DNA from: an uncultured Actinomycetes bacterium
GTDB lineage: Bacteria; Actinomycetota; Thermoleophilia; RBG-16-64-13
DNA length: 64,000 nt
Direction of reading: 5' to 3'
NCBI GenBank assembly: GCA_963841735.1
Contig: CAWJDT010000006.1
Location: 1-64,000 of the forward strand
In this document: positions 62,195-64,000 of the stretch, one piece after another
Layout: every line of letters starts with the position of its first letter
Position numbering within the stretch: position 1 is the stretch's first letter
Translations under genes and position numbers: made by a program
Notes under the pieces: generated by a model
Told to the model about the DNA's origin: nothing
What the model saw: only the letters and a program-made list of their open reading frames with translations
Database searches by the model: none

Positions 62195-62213
62195 GGGTCA
62201 CTCCTTGTGAATG

Positions 62214-63209
62214 TCACTTCGCCGGGCCTGCGCCCGGGATCTTGAGGGCGAACCGCTTACGGTAGTCCACCCAGGTGTCAAATAGCCCGAATATGCCGGT
62301 GAGTTGCAGAAGAAACTGGCCGAGTCCCGCCGCGATGTACAGCGCCACGCGCTGACCAGGCCGCATCCGCCTGTGAACGGCCAGCCAATGCGCAACCGCC
62401 AGACCCTGCAGAAAGAACAATGTCTGTGATACCAGAAGCACGTTGATGCCCGCGTGGAGCAACACCTCAGCCAACCGGCCGTCCATCCTCGAAAAGAGCA
62501 CCATGGCCAGTCCGGCTATGGTCGCGTAGGCAGTGCCCCAGTGCATCCGGAACTCCGCAAAGGACAGATCGACCGCCACCCGCTGGCGTAGTCTCGGGAA
62601 GATACGGCCGGCCAATCCAAGCGAGCATGCGGCCAGAAGTATGGCGCCCATGACCAACACACCGGGAGCCAGATACGGCCCGATGTCCATGAAACTGCGT
62701 AGTTGCTCGGCCACAGCCCCGGCGTTATCGGCGGTCACTCCCGGCCCACCGCCGTTGGCTACATAGTCGTCGATCCAACTCCCAAAAACCTCTCGTATCC
62801 GGGTTAGAGTGACTCCTAGGGCCAGCCACGCGAACACGCCCCACAAGACCAAGGCGCCGACTGTTGCAGCCGTAGTGAGCGCGAAGCTCCGGTCGAACCT
62901 CCAGCCTCTGCGAAGAACCCAACCAATAGCGCCGCCCATCCCCGCCACCAGAAGAAACACCAGCACCGCCGCCTCTGCACCCGCTCCGAGATAAACCAAC
63001 AGCCCAGTGGCCGCCGCGACGATCGCCCCATTGGCAAAGCCCCAAAGAACCACCACGTACGCCAAGGGAAGGCAAAGGAACGGAACGATAAACACAGGCA
63101 CAAACGGCAGAACCGCCACGCACATCCCCAAGATGACGCTGACAGCGGCCGCCTTGGCCACTCGTAGCGCAAGGGGCGCAGACGTGGCGTTCACGGACCC
63201 AGCTTGCAT
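62214..63209 (-). CDS. DUF2232/YybS-like membrane protein
   Basis: Multi-TM, FFLQGLAV, GLFDTWVDYRKR; conserved position between rpsR and rplI. Confidence 0.85.
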   Translation of the reverse strand: MQAGSVNATSAPLALRVAKAAAVSVILGMCVAVLPFVPVFIVPFLCLPLAYVVVLWGFANGAIVAAATGLLVYLGAGAEAAVLVFLLVAGMGGAIGWVLRRGWRFDRSFALTTAATVGALVLWGVFAWLALGVTLTRIREVFGSWIDDYVANGGGPGVTADNAGAVAEQLRSFMDIGPYLAPGVLVMGAILLAACSLGLAGRIFPRLRQRVAVDLSFAEFRMHWGTAYATIAGLAMVLFSRMDGRLAEVLLHAGINVLLVSQTLFFLQGLAVAHWLAVHRRMRPGQRVALYIAAGLGQFLLQLTGIFGLFDTWVDYRKRFALKIPGAGPAK

Positions 63210-63225
63210 GGATGCAGACAGTCCT

Positions 63226-63483
63226 CTACCGGCTGCTGTAAGGAAGCAGCGCGACCTCGCGGGCCCGCTTGATAGCCACGGCCACCTGCCTCTGATGGCG
63301 ACGGCACGCACCCGTGGTGCGGCGGGATTTGATCTTGCCCCGCTCGGACATGAACCGGCGGAGAGTGCCAAAGTCTTTGTAGTCCACCGTCTCGACGTCT
63401 TCCTTGCAGAAGAAGCAGTACTTCCGCCGGCGGTTGCCTGTCACAGGCCTAGTGCGCCTTTGCGGCTTCTTGGGATTCGCCAC
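63226..63483 (-). CDS. rpsR: 30S ribosomal protein S18
   Basis: [31 protein letters not shown]. Confidence 0.97.
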   Translation of the reverse strand: MANPKKPQRRTRPVTGNRRRKYCFFCKEDVETVDYKDFGTLRRFMSERGKIKSRRTTGACRRHQRQVAVAIKRAREVALLPYSSR

Positions 63484-63516
63484 TTTCTTAACCTCTTTCT
63501 CGTTCCGTAGAGACGA

Positions 63517-63960
63517 CTAGAAAGGTATGTCGTCGCCCCCGAAATCAATGTCACGGAAATCGTCCCGCGCGGCCGCCCCTGACGCGGGTTCTGCCCCGCC
63601 TCGAGAAACCGGCTCACGCGTCTCATTCTGGCCGCCGATGAACATAACCACATCGGCGATAATCTCGACCTTGCTGCGCTTACCACCGTCCTGTGCTTCC
63701 CAGCTCCGCTGATCGAGTCTGCCGTCAACGGCCACCTGGCGGCCCTTGCTCAAGTACTTGGCGCAGTTCTCGCCCTGGGCACCCCAAACCACCACATCGA
63801 AAAAGTTGGGCTTCTCGACCCACTGCCCGGAACCGTCTTTGTACGACGAATTGACCGCGACTCCCAACTGGCACACCGAGGTGCCGCTGGGGGTCTGACG
63901 CAGTTCGGGGTCCCGGGTCAGATTGCCCACCAAGGTCACATGCGCGATGCCGCGAGCCAT
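63517..63960 (-). CDS. ssb: Single-stranded DNA-binding protein
   Basis: LVGNLTRDPELR, C-terminal DDIPF. Confidence 0.97.
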   Translation of the reverse strand: MARGIAHVTLVGNLTRDPELRQTPSGTSVCQLGVAVNSSYKDGSGQWVEKPNFFDVVVWGAQGENCAKYLSKGRQVAVDGRLDQRSWEAQDGGKRSKVEIIADVVMFIGGQNETREPVSRGGAEPASGAAARDDFRDIDFGGDDIPF

Positions 63961-63975
63961 CTGTGCTCCTTTGCC

Positions 63976-64000
63976 TTATTCGTCCTGTGGGCCCGCAGCA
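63976..64000 (-). CDS. 3' end of upstream gene, probably rpsF (S6)
   Basis: Only the last codons (AAGPQDE*) are visible; identity inferred from synteny. Confidence 0.35.

Overview
GC-rich (~65%) bacterial chromosome segment. The host is inferred, not proven, to be an anaerobic deep-branching Actinomycetota (Thermoleophilia-like), from the SSB sequence, the rpsF-ssb-rpsR-DUF2232-rplI-dnaB-purA order and Thr-rich lipoprotein linkers. There are four blocks. (1) 0-24 kb: a catabolic island of unknown substrate. It has two TetR paralogues, a repeated CTAAC-N4-GT(T/A)AG operator, a Liv-type ABC importer, a 4-pyridoxolactonase-like lactonase, two UbiD decarboxylases (one AroY/LpdC-like), an OYE-type reductase, BKACE, DhaKL, an M29/NicX-like protein, a Tm-1-like/TIM-barrel pair and an orphan E1 alpha/beta. 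(2) 25-32.8 kb: a complete integron whose intI is co-oriented with its cassettes. It has an attI candidate, 4 clear attC sites plus 1 chimeric attC, and six cassettes, five of which are toxin-antitoxin modules (four with clear -35/-10 promoters, one with a -10 only). An IS1111-type IS110 element sits in a perfect palindrome just past intI, and its 3' non-coding region carries target- and donor-matching segments. (3) 32.8-58.6 kb: a purine biosynthesis cluster interrupted by a cobalamin riboswitch-btuFCD unit, a System I*-type ccm operon and a 12-heme cytochrome c. (4) 58.7-64 kb: housekeeping genes. Scattered small frameshifts, including one in dnaB, look like sequencing or assembly errors.
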